NCBI GenBank assembly: GCA_018649885.1
Contig: JABIHA010000080.1
Location: forward strand, 1-64,000
DNA length: 64,000 bases
Direction: 5' to 3'
Source: Bacteriovoracaceae bacterium
GTDB taxonomy: Bacteria > Bdellovibrionota > Bacteriovoracia > Bacteriovoracales > Bacteriovoracaceae
Below, piece after piece: positions 30,201 to 38,435 of this stretch (the first letter of the stretch is position 1; each line of letters begins with the position of its first letter). The notes beneath the pieces were generated by a model that was given only the letters and a program-made list of their open reading frames with translations, made no database searches and was not told the DNA's origin. The position numbers and the translations under genes are program-made.

Positions 30201-32797
30201 GACACGATGCTTACCAAGATACATCTAGTAATAAACTTGTTGGTGACGAATTTATCGAAGCTATTGAGTCAAATAAGATTGCAAAGGCTTGGTATAAAAA
30301 AGTTCACAAAAACTTGGAGAGTAGAAATATCTGTCTCTATCAAGGTTTTAATCCAGCTAAAGCAGTTACTGCAGCAGGGAAGTCAATCTCAGACATGAGT
30401 GATTTGGAAATCTTTTTTGCATCGTGGAAGCCAACTGTTGCCCATGAAGTTGGTCACAACTTGGGCCTTAGACACAATTTCATTTCCTCTTTTGATAAAG
30501 CTAACTGGAAGTTTTCAAGTGTTGAAGATTCAAAAAGAACTTACTCTTCTGTTATGGATTACCTTGTGGATGACCACCTCATTTATGATGGTCTAGGTCC
30601 ATATGATATTCACGCACTAAGAGCTGCTTATACTGGGCTTGTTGAACTTGCTCCTCAAGCTCTTGCTTTTGCCAAGGCCAAGAGTTTAGACAATTTGAAC
30701 GGTGCTAAGATCTACGGTGAAAAATTCATCAAAGTCGCTGACTATCCAAAAGCTATTGGTGCAAATTCCTGGTTTGAGGTGACTAAAAGAGACACTGCTG
30801 TCAAACTTCCAATTAAAGGTTACAAATTCTGCTCTGATGATGAAGCTGGTCAGTATCCAACTTGTAATAGATTTGACTATGGAACCACTGCTGTTGAAAT
30901 TGTTGATTTTAAAATACAAAATTATCGTGAAAGATACTCACTAAGAAATTTTCCTCACGATAAACTAAGATTTAATTCAGAAACTGCTGGTGGATATATT
31001 GGATCACTATTTTCAACATTCACAGGCCTTAGACAATTTCTTGAAGAATTTTTCTTTCAAGCAATGTTTGAAAGGCCGCTGAGTAGTGACCCTGCAAGTG
31101 CAGCTGAGTTTCAAGCAAGACTTCAAGATTATTTTCAAGCTGCTTACAAAGGTTATCAATTTCTTCAAGGTGTAGTGAGAACTCCAGATGTCGCCTCATA
31201 TGTGAGTGTTGGATCTAATCAGCGATTTGTCCCAATCAAAATGACTATGAGGAAGCGAAACCCCGATGGCTCAACTGTTGAAGTTGAAGTTCCAGTTGTT
31301 GCTGAAACTAAGTTTGCAAAAAACCAAGGGACAGATACAACTCATCAAAGACTTAAAGTTAGAGGTGTGGAGTTTGATAGAGTCATCGCTTTGATTATCA
31401 TGACTCAATCTAATCTTGGTTTCCCTAGATACTTAAGAAGATCACTTGTTGTAAATTATCCGATGTTCGAAAAATTTGTACTAGGCGTCGAGATTAAAGA
31501 TTCTGAGGTTGTTAATCTTCTAAAAGAAATCTTAAGAGGGGACCTAACTCCATCTGTAACAACTAGCGAGGGATTTAACTTGCCACTAAGCTTTCCTTAT
31601 TACAAAGACGGTGGCAAACCTTTCGTTTCGGATATCAGTGAGATGCTTAGAAACTATGCTGTCATTGGCTCAATCTCTAATCTTGATATCCAAAGCTTTG
31701 AGCCCGGCCTCAATCCTTCTAGAGCATTCAGAATTCTATCTGATATGGAAGCTCCGGAGAAAGCTGAGTATGTGACAAAACAAGATGGAGACATCAAGTA
31801 CTGGTCTTTTTCAGGATCAACAGCTTCGGATGCTCTGATTAAGGCCGGACACTTTATGAGAGTCATAGAAGAAAGTGGCATAAAGGAGCTTCTAGGTGAG
31901 TGGGTTAATATGGAAGTCACTACACTTGGTCAAAAGCCTACAACCATGAATGTTGCATATGATGAGATTTTGCTAAGTGTAAATTTAGGAAAAAGAAAAA
32001 CGGCCAAAGAAAAGCTAGTAGAGATCAATGCAAAAATTAAAGAAATAATGGATGACTTTTCACCTGAAAAGATTCCTGCTTTGACGATCCTAAATGAGAG
32101 AAAGGAAAAGCAAGTTGGCGTTTTACTATTTTCAGATGAGATCATTAGAGCACAAGTTATCTCGCTTCTCTCTAAAGAGGGAGCGCCAGAAGGACTTGTT
32201 TTAGATGATAAAGATGCTCTTGCTCTTCTTGAAGAGGTTGAAGGAGAAATTTTCAAATTAGTCAGAGAAAAACTTAAGTCAATGGCCTCGGTTTTAAAAT
32301 CTGTAAAAGAGGGAAGTGATCCAGAAAAAGTGAAAAAGATTAAAGCTCTTGTGATCACAATGACAAAGTTAAAGCTGACTATAAAAGGGATGATAGCAGT
32401 AAAAGTTGATGCTGTGCTTAAGGGCCTTGTCGATCCGGGCACTAAGTTTGAGCTTTCGACAGCAAATCTTGGTCCATTTTTAATTAGCGATGTATTACAA
32501 AATACAATAAACATAGCCGCCAGAGGGAATTATTCTGGCAAGAATGCGGACGTTTATAATTTGAGTACTAAGTATGCTAAATTATCAAGGTCTATACCTG
32601 TTCTTGGTTACGCTTTATCTTTACTGGATGGAGCAAATGCGGATGTTTATCTACCACAGGCGGATGCAGTGTTTAATGTCTCAGTAATTGATAGTGTGAA
32701 GCCAGCTGATCTAAGTGGACAGCAGTACAGCATTATTAGTAACATTAAAATGCTGTCTAATATCTTTATTTCCATTAATCCTGAATACAAACAGTAA
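27272..32797 (+). CDS. Very large lipoprotein zinc metalloprotease (Met-zincin, EcxA/DUF4953-like)
   Basis: Lipobox LLVGC; HEVGHNLGLRHNF; Met-turn SSVMDY; FCSDD...CNRFD. Confidence 0.88.
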   Translation: MRFTAIYNLTLMFAFLLVGCAKDLPEKMPEALQETAHSIGNLEGAVISLVTSGNPSVDALTEEEAKKKEASEPQDLLNLQENGLVKVVGATGPTEFLQMFDDLSIPGKSNTSYSVKLKVIKSQYLVAYIVVNTSELSSTQAVIAEGNLVPIFYYDIKDVGVLRRKLNDLDEETRTVEFKPTDDGNATHVKINLMVKNRKLVGIQSVEDDTLRELYSKNSFDQQITLAKNLQKKLGKQIESLSDLRIVKTEIVRNGSLLVKVFKQKSELTEDELEILSGSSENIHIQECNDVEKEKVIALGGSLSDGCYFTTAYQMAVDFVDLEKVVEKQDLGIATPKLKVVPSRDFGNATVIQIKGSTSFTFFSPDTKKDPSFLATKFSLPVKYFKGKEFLFRRVLVDSPNTFNYTFAGAAGGLEIVKFVFDSDSVEVKKSKPGLDKPGTTDVDEEVLMRIPVYGYYRLTDKDMQGRPLGSVQYIRTWSGDPQATAIINWEGNSIPNINSPLDYFSLGQCFGGVTDKEIEKVALDEDAGSFNFTLATSYVANPKAGCVNVFSGYFDSPTQTQLTFKERVSFKEYKAVKNEADSFGGDIPYEGQKKMGYGLFTYSKTVPDKFGGTSTIGTKQYLPAIFDIKDDKQIEYVLAGMPSLLVVDPREKLFDPKELREELIKSTAEVFEDLNDGFRASFKGTGFRDSEKDVIAFKLEKDETFEDMIEKFEEGADNGISKSEGTYYYKGIALAEAKEMGDLERNYVYYVEKQTNSSIIGLGGSHANPRNGKVESASIYLYGGNMRSMIKSFRLLEKAKVDYEKLTNPKNYKSLNPSEDKKGEGKVAEETDPDAEGELDSGGGEKGNGNEDLAGHFKEQLIKIIANMNSVEMKSDKMTKEQYDAAMSKHIKAFERKVDSEEIGFILNDIIDRNLGHSNTPPSDELYSLQEVRNSIDKKSLPIIEALNIALEKAKASNAFTNEHEVQELFSGVLLRHDAYQDTSSNKLVGDEFIEAIESNKIAKAWYKKVHKNLESRNICLYQGFNPAKAVTAAGKSISDMSDLEIFFASWKPTVAHEVGHNLGLRHNFISSFDKANWKFSSVEDSKRTYSSVMDYLVDDHLIYDGLGPYDIHALRAAYTGLVELAPQALAFAKAKSLDNLNGAKIYGEKFIKVADYPKAIGANSWFEVTKRDTAVKLPIKGYKFCSDDEAGQYPTCNRFDYGTTAVEIVDFKIQNYRERYSLRNFPHDKLRFNSETAGGYIGSLFSTFTGLRQFLEEFFFQAMFERPLSSDPASAAEFQARLQDYFQAAYKGYQFLQGVVRTPDVASYVSVGSNQRFVPIKMTMRKRNPDGSTVEVEVPVVAETKFAKNQGTDTTHQRLKVRGVEFDRVIALIIMTQSNLGFPRYLRRSLVVNYPMFEKFVLGVEIKDSEVVNLLKEILRGDLTPSVTTSEGFNLPLSFPYYKDGGKPFVSDISEMLRNYAVIGSISNLDIQSFEPGLNPSRAFRILSDMEAPEKAEYVTKQDGDIKYWSFSGSTASDALIKAGHFMRVIEESGIKELLGEWVNMEVTTLGQKPTTMNVAYDEILLSVNLGKRKTAKEKLVEINAKIKEIMDDFSPEKIPALTILNERKEKQVGVLLFSDEIIRAQVISLLSKEGAPEGLVLDDKDALALLEEVEGEIFKLVREKLKSMASVLKSVKEGSDPEKVKKIKALVITMTKLKLTIKGMIAVKVDAVLKGLVDPGTKFELSTANLGPFLISDVLQNTINIAARGNYSGKNADVYNLSTKYAKLSRSIPVLGYALSLLDGANADVYLPQADAVFNVSVIDSVKPADLSGQQYSIISNIKMLSNIFISINPEYKQ

Positions 32798-32803
32798 TAA
32801 TTC

Positions 32804-32835
32804 AAAGGCACTTGCCTTTCGGTAAGTGCCTTTTT
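32804..32835. terminator. Rho-independent terminator (possibly bidirectional)
   Basis: aaaggcacttgcc-tttc-ggtaagtgccttttt. Confidence 0.9.
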
Positions 32836-32895
32836 ACTGCGTTGTCCTGAAACTTATTTTCTTTTTCATTGTCGACGATTTATCAAATTTCGTGT

Positions 32896-33066
32896 TTATA
32901 CTCACATGAAAAAAGTTTTCAAGTAATCTTTGATCCAATTTGATAGCATCTTCTCATCCAAAATCCTTCAACTTGCCTAAGGCCTTGCCTTCAGGAGTTT
33001 TGAATGCGAATCTACCATCAAATTGAACCAAATCTTTACTTGAAAACCTTTTTCACGCGAGTATAA
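32896..33066 (-). other. 171-bp imperfect palindrome; candidate rod-like RNA or palindromic element
   Basis: Arms of about 70 bp; all 8 transition differences give G-U pairs on the minus strand. Confidence 0.7.
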
Positions 33067-33067
33067 T
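33040..33067 (+). promoter_or_regulatory. Sigma70-like promoter, probably giving a leaderless transcript for 33076
   Basis: TTGAAA-N16-TATAAT ending 8 bp before the ATG; no RBS. Confidence 0.6.
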
Positions 33068-33075
33068 CTTAAACT

Positions 33076-34077
33076 ATGGAATCTATATTTAACAAAAAAG
33101 GCTTTTGCCTTCTGATCCTTATGGCCTCAATACTCTATGGTGCGAGCTATCAGCAGTTTCGTCATTTTGATACATCAGATCCTCGTGGCGTTGACGATTC
33201 TCTATCCTATCTGAAAATGGCCAGAGGAGACTATCAGGTGGACGGTTACCACCGATATCGTTTCATTATCCCCTCAACCGTAGGTCTGGTTTCTCGGGTG
33301 ACAAATCTAACAAGTGAGATCGGAGTCAGGTGGATTTTTTATTTTGTTAATTTCTCCCTACTAATCTTAACTGCCCTGGTATTTTTCCATTTTCTGCAGG
33401 CCTTAAAGTTTAATGGTTTTTTGAGTATCATAGGTGTCGCAATCTTTTTAACCAGCCGAATTACTGTGCTGGCCGCAGCCACTCCTCTTATCGACTCCAT
33501 CTATTTCTTAAATGTGATGGTGGTGATTTTTCTTATTCTTACCAATCGATTTAATCTCTTTTTTTTATTCATGCCGCTAACTTTAATTTCAAAAGAAACG
33601 CTTCTTCCTTTCTTATTTTTAGTCGTTTTTAAAGAAGAGTTTTGGGCCAATAAGAAAAATATTGCCAAGTTCATTGCTGCTTTGGTCTGTGCTTTTGTGG
33701 TGTTTATTCTTTCCAGGAAATTCATTCAAGTTGATGGAGAGAAGGCAAAGGGCATAGGACAGTTGATCCTTGCACTACTTCCCAATATTCCTGAGGTTCT
33801 TAGAGCAATTATGAGTCCTCAAGGGATTTTTAATATATTTAATGGAATGTTTTTGACCTATCTCCTTTCACTATATGCCTACTTTGTTAATAAAATGGAT
33901 CATTTGCCAAGATTTCTTAAATTCTATGTATTCATTCCGCTAGTGTTTATGCTCATTGGAGGAGGGGTTCATATGGGGCGTCACCTTTTCATTATTTTTC
34001 CCGTGGCGATCTCTTGTGCTCTGATTACCATCGAGCACTTTTTTAAAGCGGCGAGCTCGACTCCAGTAAGGAGCTAA
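33076..34077 (+). CDS. Polytopic membrane protein, possibly GT-C glycosyltransferase-like
   Basis: About 9 hydrophobic segments; acidic DD in the first loop; SKE motif. Confidence 0.6.
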   Translation: MESIFNKKGFCLLILMASILYGASYQQFRHFDTSDPRGVDDSLSYLKMARGDYQVDGYHRYRFIIPSTVGLVSRVTNLTSEIGVRWIFYFVNFSLLILTALVFFHFLQALKFNGFLSIIGVAIFLTSRITVLAAATPLIDSIYFLNVMVVIFLILTNRFNLFFLFMPLTLISKETLLPFLFLVVFKEEFWANKKNIAKFIAALVCAFVVFILSRKFIQVDGEKAKGIGQLILALLPNIPEVLRAIMSPQGIFNIFNGMFLTYLLSLYAYFVNKMDHLPRFLKFYVFIPLVFMLIGGGVHMGRHLFIIFPVAISCALITIEHFFKAASSTPVRS

Positions 34078-36026
34078 CTGGCCTTTTTGATTTCTTTTGG
34101 GACCACTGACTCTGGTACGACGATTGAAAGCAGAGAGCCTCTGCCTAGGGTTGAGCTTACTTCAATAACCCCACCCATTTCTTCTACCACATTTCTAATG
34201 GCATCAGCTCCAACTCCTCGACCAGAGGTTTTGCTAACTTGCTCTTTTGTAGAAAATTGTGAGTCAAAAATATGTTGGATTAATTGGTGGTCTGTTTCAG
34301 ATGAGGCGATATCTTCTCTGCCAGTGGCAATGAGCTTTTCTTTAATCTTTTGAGGATCAACTCCTGAACCATCATCTTGAATATCAATGTGGAGAAAGCT
34401 AATTTCTCCTTGTCTGAGCCTCGAAAATCGCACAATGATATTGCCCTTCGGATCTTTGCCAAGCTCGACTCTTTGTTCTGTAGGCTCAAGACCATGGTCA
34501 ATGGCATTTGTGAAGGCGTGTACAAGAGTGTTAAATAGCTCAGAGAAGGTTTCTGGATTTATTCTTACGTCTCCACCTTCAAATTTAATTGGATTGGCAC
34601 ACTTGCCTTGATCTTTCGCCATATCCATTATCATTTCAGAATAACTGGTGAAAAACTTGTAAATTGGCTCTTTAATAAATATTTCTTCAAACTCTTGAAC
34701 GAGTTCACGATCTTGAATTGAGTTCCCCATTTTTTCCGAGAACTTTTTGAGTTGATCAACTGTAATTTCAACTCGGTTTTTCCCATCAATGACTGATTTC
34801 CCTAGAAAACCCGCAGACTCGGCGTAAAACTCTTTCAATTTATTGCCTAGGTTTTGGATATTCTCTTCTAATGTGGGAAGGTAGGACTTAAAATCCTCAT
34901 CTTCAGCGTGCTCCTCAAGATCAGTCTCATAATCGTGTGCCATCTCTTGAACTTTTTGAATGTTAAAAATACCAGCGCCACCTTTAATTGAGTGAAGGTA
35001 TCTAAGAAGGTTGGGAAGATCATTCTCGCCTTGCTTAAGTTTTGTAATAGATAACTCCATTTGGTGAATCATTTTCTTTGAATCACTTACAAAACCTAAG
35101 AACTGTTCTTTATTTTGAACCAATTTTAAAACCATTTGAACATATTCTTTATTCTTCTTTGCCTCACATTCCGCCGTATGCTCTTTCGTTTTGTCAGTAG
35201 CAACAGTCACCACTGCTTCAAGATTTTCGTCTTCATCTCGCATTGGGAAATAATCTAATTTGATAAATTTATCATCCAATTCGATTTTTTGTGGACCAAG
35301 TTCTGCATAATCTTTGAAGGGGATTATTTCTTGGAAAAGACCAGAGGTCCACTTTATGAGTGTTTCACAATCTTGTTCTCCAGTGGAAATGACATCCCAC
35401 AGTTTTTTTCCTTTGGGGGATGTATCAAAAATATCCTCGCAAGCTTTTGTATAATTGGGAAGACAGTTGCCCTCGTCATTAAAAACAAAGAGCCCTTGAT
35501 CAAGACTATTGACCATGGCCGTGACAAATTGGTTGGCCTTTTGGAGTTCACGAGTTCGTTCTTGGACCATTTTTTCAAGATTTTTTGAGTATTGCTCTAG
35601 TTCAACTTTGGCCTTTCGGAGTTCGACGTTGACGGCCTCTTTTTCTAAAAGTTCGGCCCGGTATTTATCATGAAGCTTAACTTCGAGTGTCATATCTCTA
35701 AAAAAGCATAAAAATTGATTTTGGCCAGATTCGTCTGGAAAATATGGGCGCACCATGACAAGCATTTTTCCAGATAGGCCTTTGTAGGTGTCAAAATCCA
35801 TCTCTTTATATTGTGAGGGGGCATCTCTACCTTCTGTGCCACCGTCCATGAAAAAGAGGCTATCATTTTTGAGAGTTAGAAAATCTGTGATCATTTTTCC
35901 AGGCTTTAATCTTTTTAGTGAGCTCCCCACAATATTGGCCATGGCCTGGTTGGCATAGAGAAGGTGTCTTTGGTCATCAAAGATTAGAACTCCATCTATA
36001 AAATTATCAAATATTTCAAAACTCAC
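34074..36026 (-). CDS. PAS-PAS-HPt-HATPase (CheA-like kinase without CheW domain)
   Basis: LHSIKGGA (HPt), HAFTNAIDHGLE, DDGSG, FSTKEQVSKTSGRGVG; ends right after the ATPase domain. Confidence 0.85.
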   Translation of the reverse strand: MSFEIFDNFIDGVLIFDDQRHLLYANQAMANIVGSSLKRLKPGKMITDFLTLKNDSLFFMDGGTEGRDAPSQYKEMDFDTYKGLSGKMLVMVRPYFPDESGQNQFLCFFRDMTLEVKLHDKYRAELLEKEAVNVELRKAKVELEQYSKNLEKMVQERTRELQKANQFVTAMVNSLDQGLFVFNDEGNCLPNYTKACEDIFDTSPKGKKLWDVISTGEQDCETLIKWTSGLFQEIIPFKDYAELGPQKIELDDKFIKLDYFPMRDEDENLEAVVTVATDKTKEHTAECEAKKNKEYVQMVLKLVQNKEQFLGFVSDSKKMIHQMELSITKLKQGENDLPNLLRYLHSIKGGAGIFNIQKVQEMAHDYETDLEEHAEDEDFKSYLPTLEENIQNLGNKLKEFYAESAGFLGKSVIDGKNRVEITVDQLKKFSEKMGNSIQDRELVQEFEEIFIKEPIYKFFTSYSEMIMDMAKDQGKCANPIKFEGGDVRINPETFSELFNTLVHAFTNAIDHGLEPTEQRVELGKDPKGNIIVRFSRLRQGEISFLHIDIQDDGSGVDPQKIKEKLIATGREDIASSETDHQLIQHIFDSQFSTKEQVSKTSGRGVGADAIRNVVEEMGGVIEVSSTLGRGSLLSIVVPESVVPKEIKKAS

Positions 36027-36195
36027 AATTCACCTTTCAATACCCACAAGTGTATTCAAGACTTTCGGTAAATTCTGGGAGAATACTTAGTGAAAACTAA
36101 AGTTATTTAATAAAGTATTACAATTTTAAATAAATTGTTTTGGCTTCTTTTTTAAGGACATGTAAAATGTCTACGTACACAAGTGGAGAGTAATT

Positions 36196-36588
36196 ATGGC
36201 AGCCCCAAAAGAAATAAGCTTTTTAATCGTTGATGACTACTCAAGTATAAGGAAAATGATCATTGCCCACCTAAAAGAGTTGGGTTTTAAAGGGCGAAAA
36301 ACAGAGTTCGAAGGGCCTACCAAAGCACTTGAATGGTTGGCCACAGAAAAAGTCGATTTTATCTTGAGTGATTGGCAAATGCCAGATATGAGTGGTTTGG
36401 ATTTTTTGAAAAATGTAAAAAAAATTGATGGATTCACAGACGTACCCTTTATGCTGGTAACTACAGTAAATGAGAAGGCCAACGTAATTGAAGCGATTAG
36501 TAATGGAGCATCTAATTATATAATTAAGCCTTGGACCAAAGATGGGCTTTTGGAAAAATTAGATCAATGTTGGGATAAGCATAACTAG
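36196..36588 (+). CDS. CheY-like single-domain response regulator
   Basis: IVDD, SDWQMP, T, KPW. Confidence 0.9.
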   Translation: MAAPKEISFLIVDDYSSIRKMIIAHLKELGFKGRKTEFEGPTKALEWLATEKVDFILSDWQMPDMSGLDFLKNVKKIDGFTDVPFMLVTTVNEKANVIEAISNGASNYIIKPWTKDGLLEKLDQCWDKHN

Positions 36589-36616
36589 AAAATAGAGGCT
36601 TAAAGGGGGTAAGATT

Positions 36617-37015
36617 ATGATTCCTAATAGTATTAATTTTTTGGTCGTTGACGACTATCCCTCCATCAGAAAAATGCTGAAGGCCAACTTAAAAGATATT
36701 GGTTTCAAAGGAAAAATCCTTGAGGCCGATAGTGCAAGTAGTGCACTTGAGGTTTTAGCTGAAGAAAAAATTGACTTTATCATTTCAGATTGGCGAATGC
36801 CGAAGATGAGCGGCCTTGAGTTCTTAGAAAAAGTACGCTCAGATAATAGCTATGATAATGTTCCTTTTTTATTTGTTACGACAGTAAATGAAAAAGACAA
36901 TGTTATTGAGGCCATTAAGGCCGGTGCTAGTAACTATATGATCAAGCCATGGAAGCCCGATTCACTGGCAGAGAAAATAGGGGAGTGTTGGAAAAAACAC
37001 AATCCTGAGGAATAA
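36617..37015 (+). CDS. CheY-like single-domain response regulator (paralog of upstream gene)
   Basis: VVDD, SDWRMP, T, KPW. Confidence 0.9.
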   Translation: MIPNSINFLVVDDYPSIRKMLKANLKDIGFKGKILEADSASSALEVLAEEKIDFIISDWRMPKMSGLEFLEKVRSDNSYDNVPFLFVTTVNEKDNVIEAIKAGASNYMIKPWKPDSLAEKIGECWKKHNPEE

Positions 37016-37020
37016 ATTCA

Positions 37021-37650
37021 ATCAAAAATCATTGTGACATTTTCTTATTTAGACACGGCGAAACGGACTATAACCGCTTGCACATTTGTCAAGGCCATCT
37101 CGATATTCCCCTAAATGATAAAGGTCAAAGGCAGGCCAAAGGTCTAGGCCAGGCATTATCGGATATTGATTTAGAAATAATGTATTCAAGTGATTTATCT
37201 AGGGCCTTTGAAACCGCTGAGATAGTCTGTGGTTTTCATAATATCACCATTGAAGAGTCTTCAGATCTTAGAGAATCTCATTTGGGAATAGCTCAGGGCA
37301 TGAATCGAGAAGATGTCATAAAGAAAATGGGACAAGAGTTTTGGGAGAAGTGGCTCTCACCATTTCCAAAAGATTATGAAACAGTAATTGAAAGTGGAGA
37401 GGCCAAGGGCCAGGTAGTTAAACGGGTTTTGTCTTTTCTTGAGAGTCAACTTGAAAGCAGAAATCATCAAAAAATTGGTGTTTCTACCCACGGAGGCGTT
37501 TTAAGATTAATCGTACATCATATTGATCAGCAGCTGACTCAAAAAATCTCAATCCCCAACTGTGCCTGCTATATTCTCAGGTACCACAAAAGCGATAAAG
37601 CTTGGAGTTTTATGGGCGCCCTGGAAGAAGAAAACCTTAGTGGCCTCTAA
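37021..37650 (+). CDS. Histidine phosphatase (phosphoglycerate mutase family); start codon uncertain
   Basis: FLFRHGETDYN lies in frame upstream of the ORF-track start; SSDLSRA, LRE, STHGG. Confidence 0.85.
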   Translation: MKNHCDIFLFRHGETDYNRLHICQGHLDIPLNDKGQRQAKGLGQALSDIDLEIMYSSDLSRAFETAEIVCGFHNITIEESSDLRESHLGIAQGMNREDVIKKMGQEFWEKWLSPFPKDYETVIESGEAKGQVVKRVLSFLESQLESRNHQKIGVSTHGGVLRLIVHHIDQQLTQKISIPNCACYILRYHKSDKAWSFMGALEEENLSGL

Positions 37651-38356
37651 GCTGACTGCTGACCTCTTTGATATACCTCTTTTTGTAGCTACGATTCATC
37701 TTCTTTGTATAAGGCATATGCGAAAGCCAGTTTTTGCTAAATCTAAAATTACATTGATCGGATCCCCAATTGGCATTTAAAAGAAAGTATCTGCCATCAA
37801 TAATTACATAGGCAAAAGAATGCTCTCCTACTCCCAATAGTCTTGAGAGGATTGGGCCATTGTATCCACTATCAGTGCTTAGACCTAGTTTTCTTCCAAG
37901 AAATTTAAACAAAAGCGTAGACTCATAACAAACCCCCTTAGATTTTTCGAGAGAAGAGCTATCATCTAAAAACCAAGACCTTCTTTTACCTTTCCCTCTA
38001 TTATTAAAGAAATTCATTGAAATGCACTGGGCCAAGCAGCTTTTTTGATATGAATCAAATTCATTTGAATAGTGTACAATCTCACTGATAAAATCATCAA
38101 AGACAATTTTGCCATTTTTTCTTAGATTTTTTGTTTTCACTCCTGCTCCAACTAAATTATGAGTCAAAAAAGTCTCAATAGGAGAATAGGAATTGATCTT
38201 GTTTACTTTAGAAAAACGAGGGCGAAATCTGGAAGAAACACTACCTTCAAGGCACTTATCTCTGGCCCTTTTAAGGCCGTCTCTAATATCTTGGGAGTGG
38301 CCTTCATTTAAAATAATAAAACCCATAAGGAATAAAACCATTGGAAGTTTCTTCAT
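37637..38356 (-). CDS. Secreted transglutaminase-like protein
   Basis: Signal peptide from MKKLPM; GVCYE (Cys), EHSFAYVIIDGRYFLLN (His, with Asn at the usual Asp position). Confidence 0.55.
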   Translation of the reverse strand: MKKLPMVLFLMGFIILNEGHSQDIRDGLKRARDKCLEGSVSSRFRPRFSKVNKINSYSPIETFLTHNLVGAGVKTKNLRKNGKIVFDDFISEIVHYSNEFDSYQKSCLAQCISMNFFNNRGKGKRRSWFLDDSSSLEKSKGVCYESTLLFKFLGRKLGLSTDSGYNGPILSRLLGVGEHSFAYVIIDGRYFLLNANWGSDQCNFRFSKNWLSHMPYTKKMNRSYKKRYIKEVSSQLRGH

Positions 38357-38435
38357 GGCCGGATCATCTGAAAACGCTACTAGTAAGTCAATTGGGCACA
38401 AGGCCAAAGTGGGTGATCCGTGAAATAAATATATC

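Noticed and set aside
32896..33066. 6S or SRP RNA identity for the palindrome
   Set aside because: No large central bubble and no SRP domain IV motif; left unassigned.
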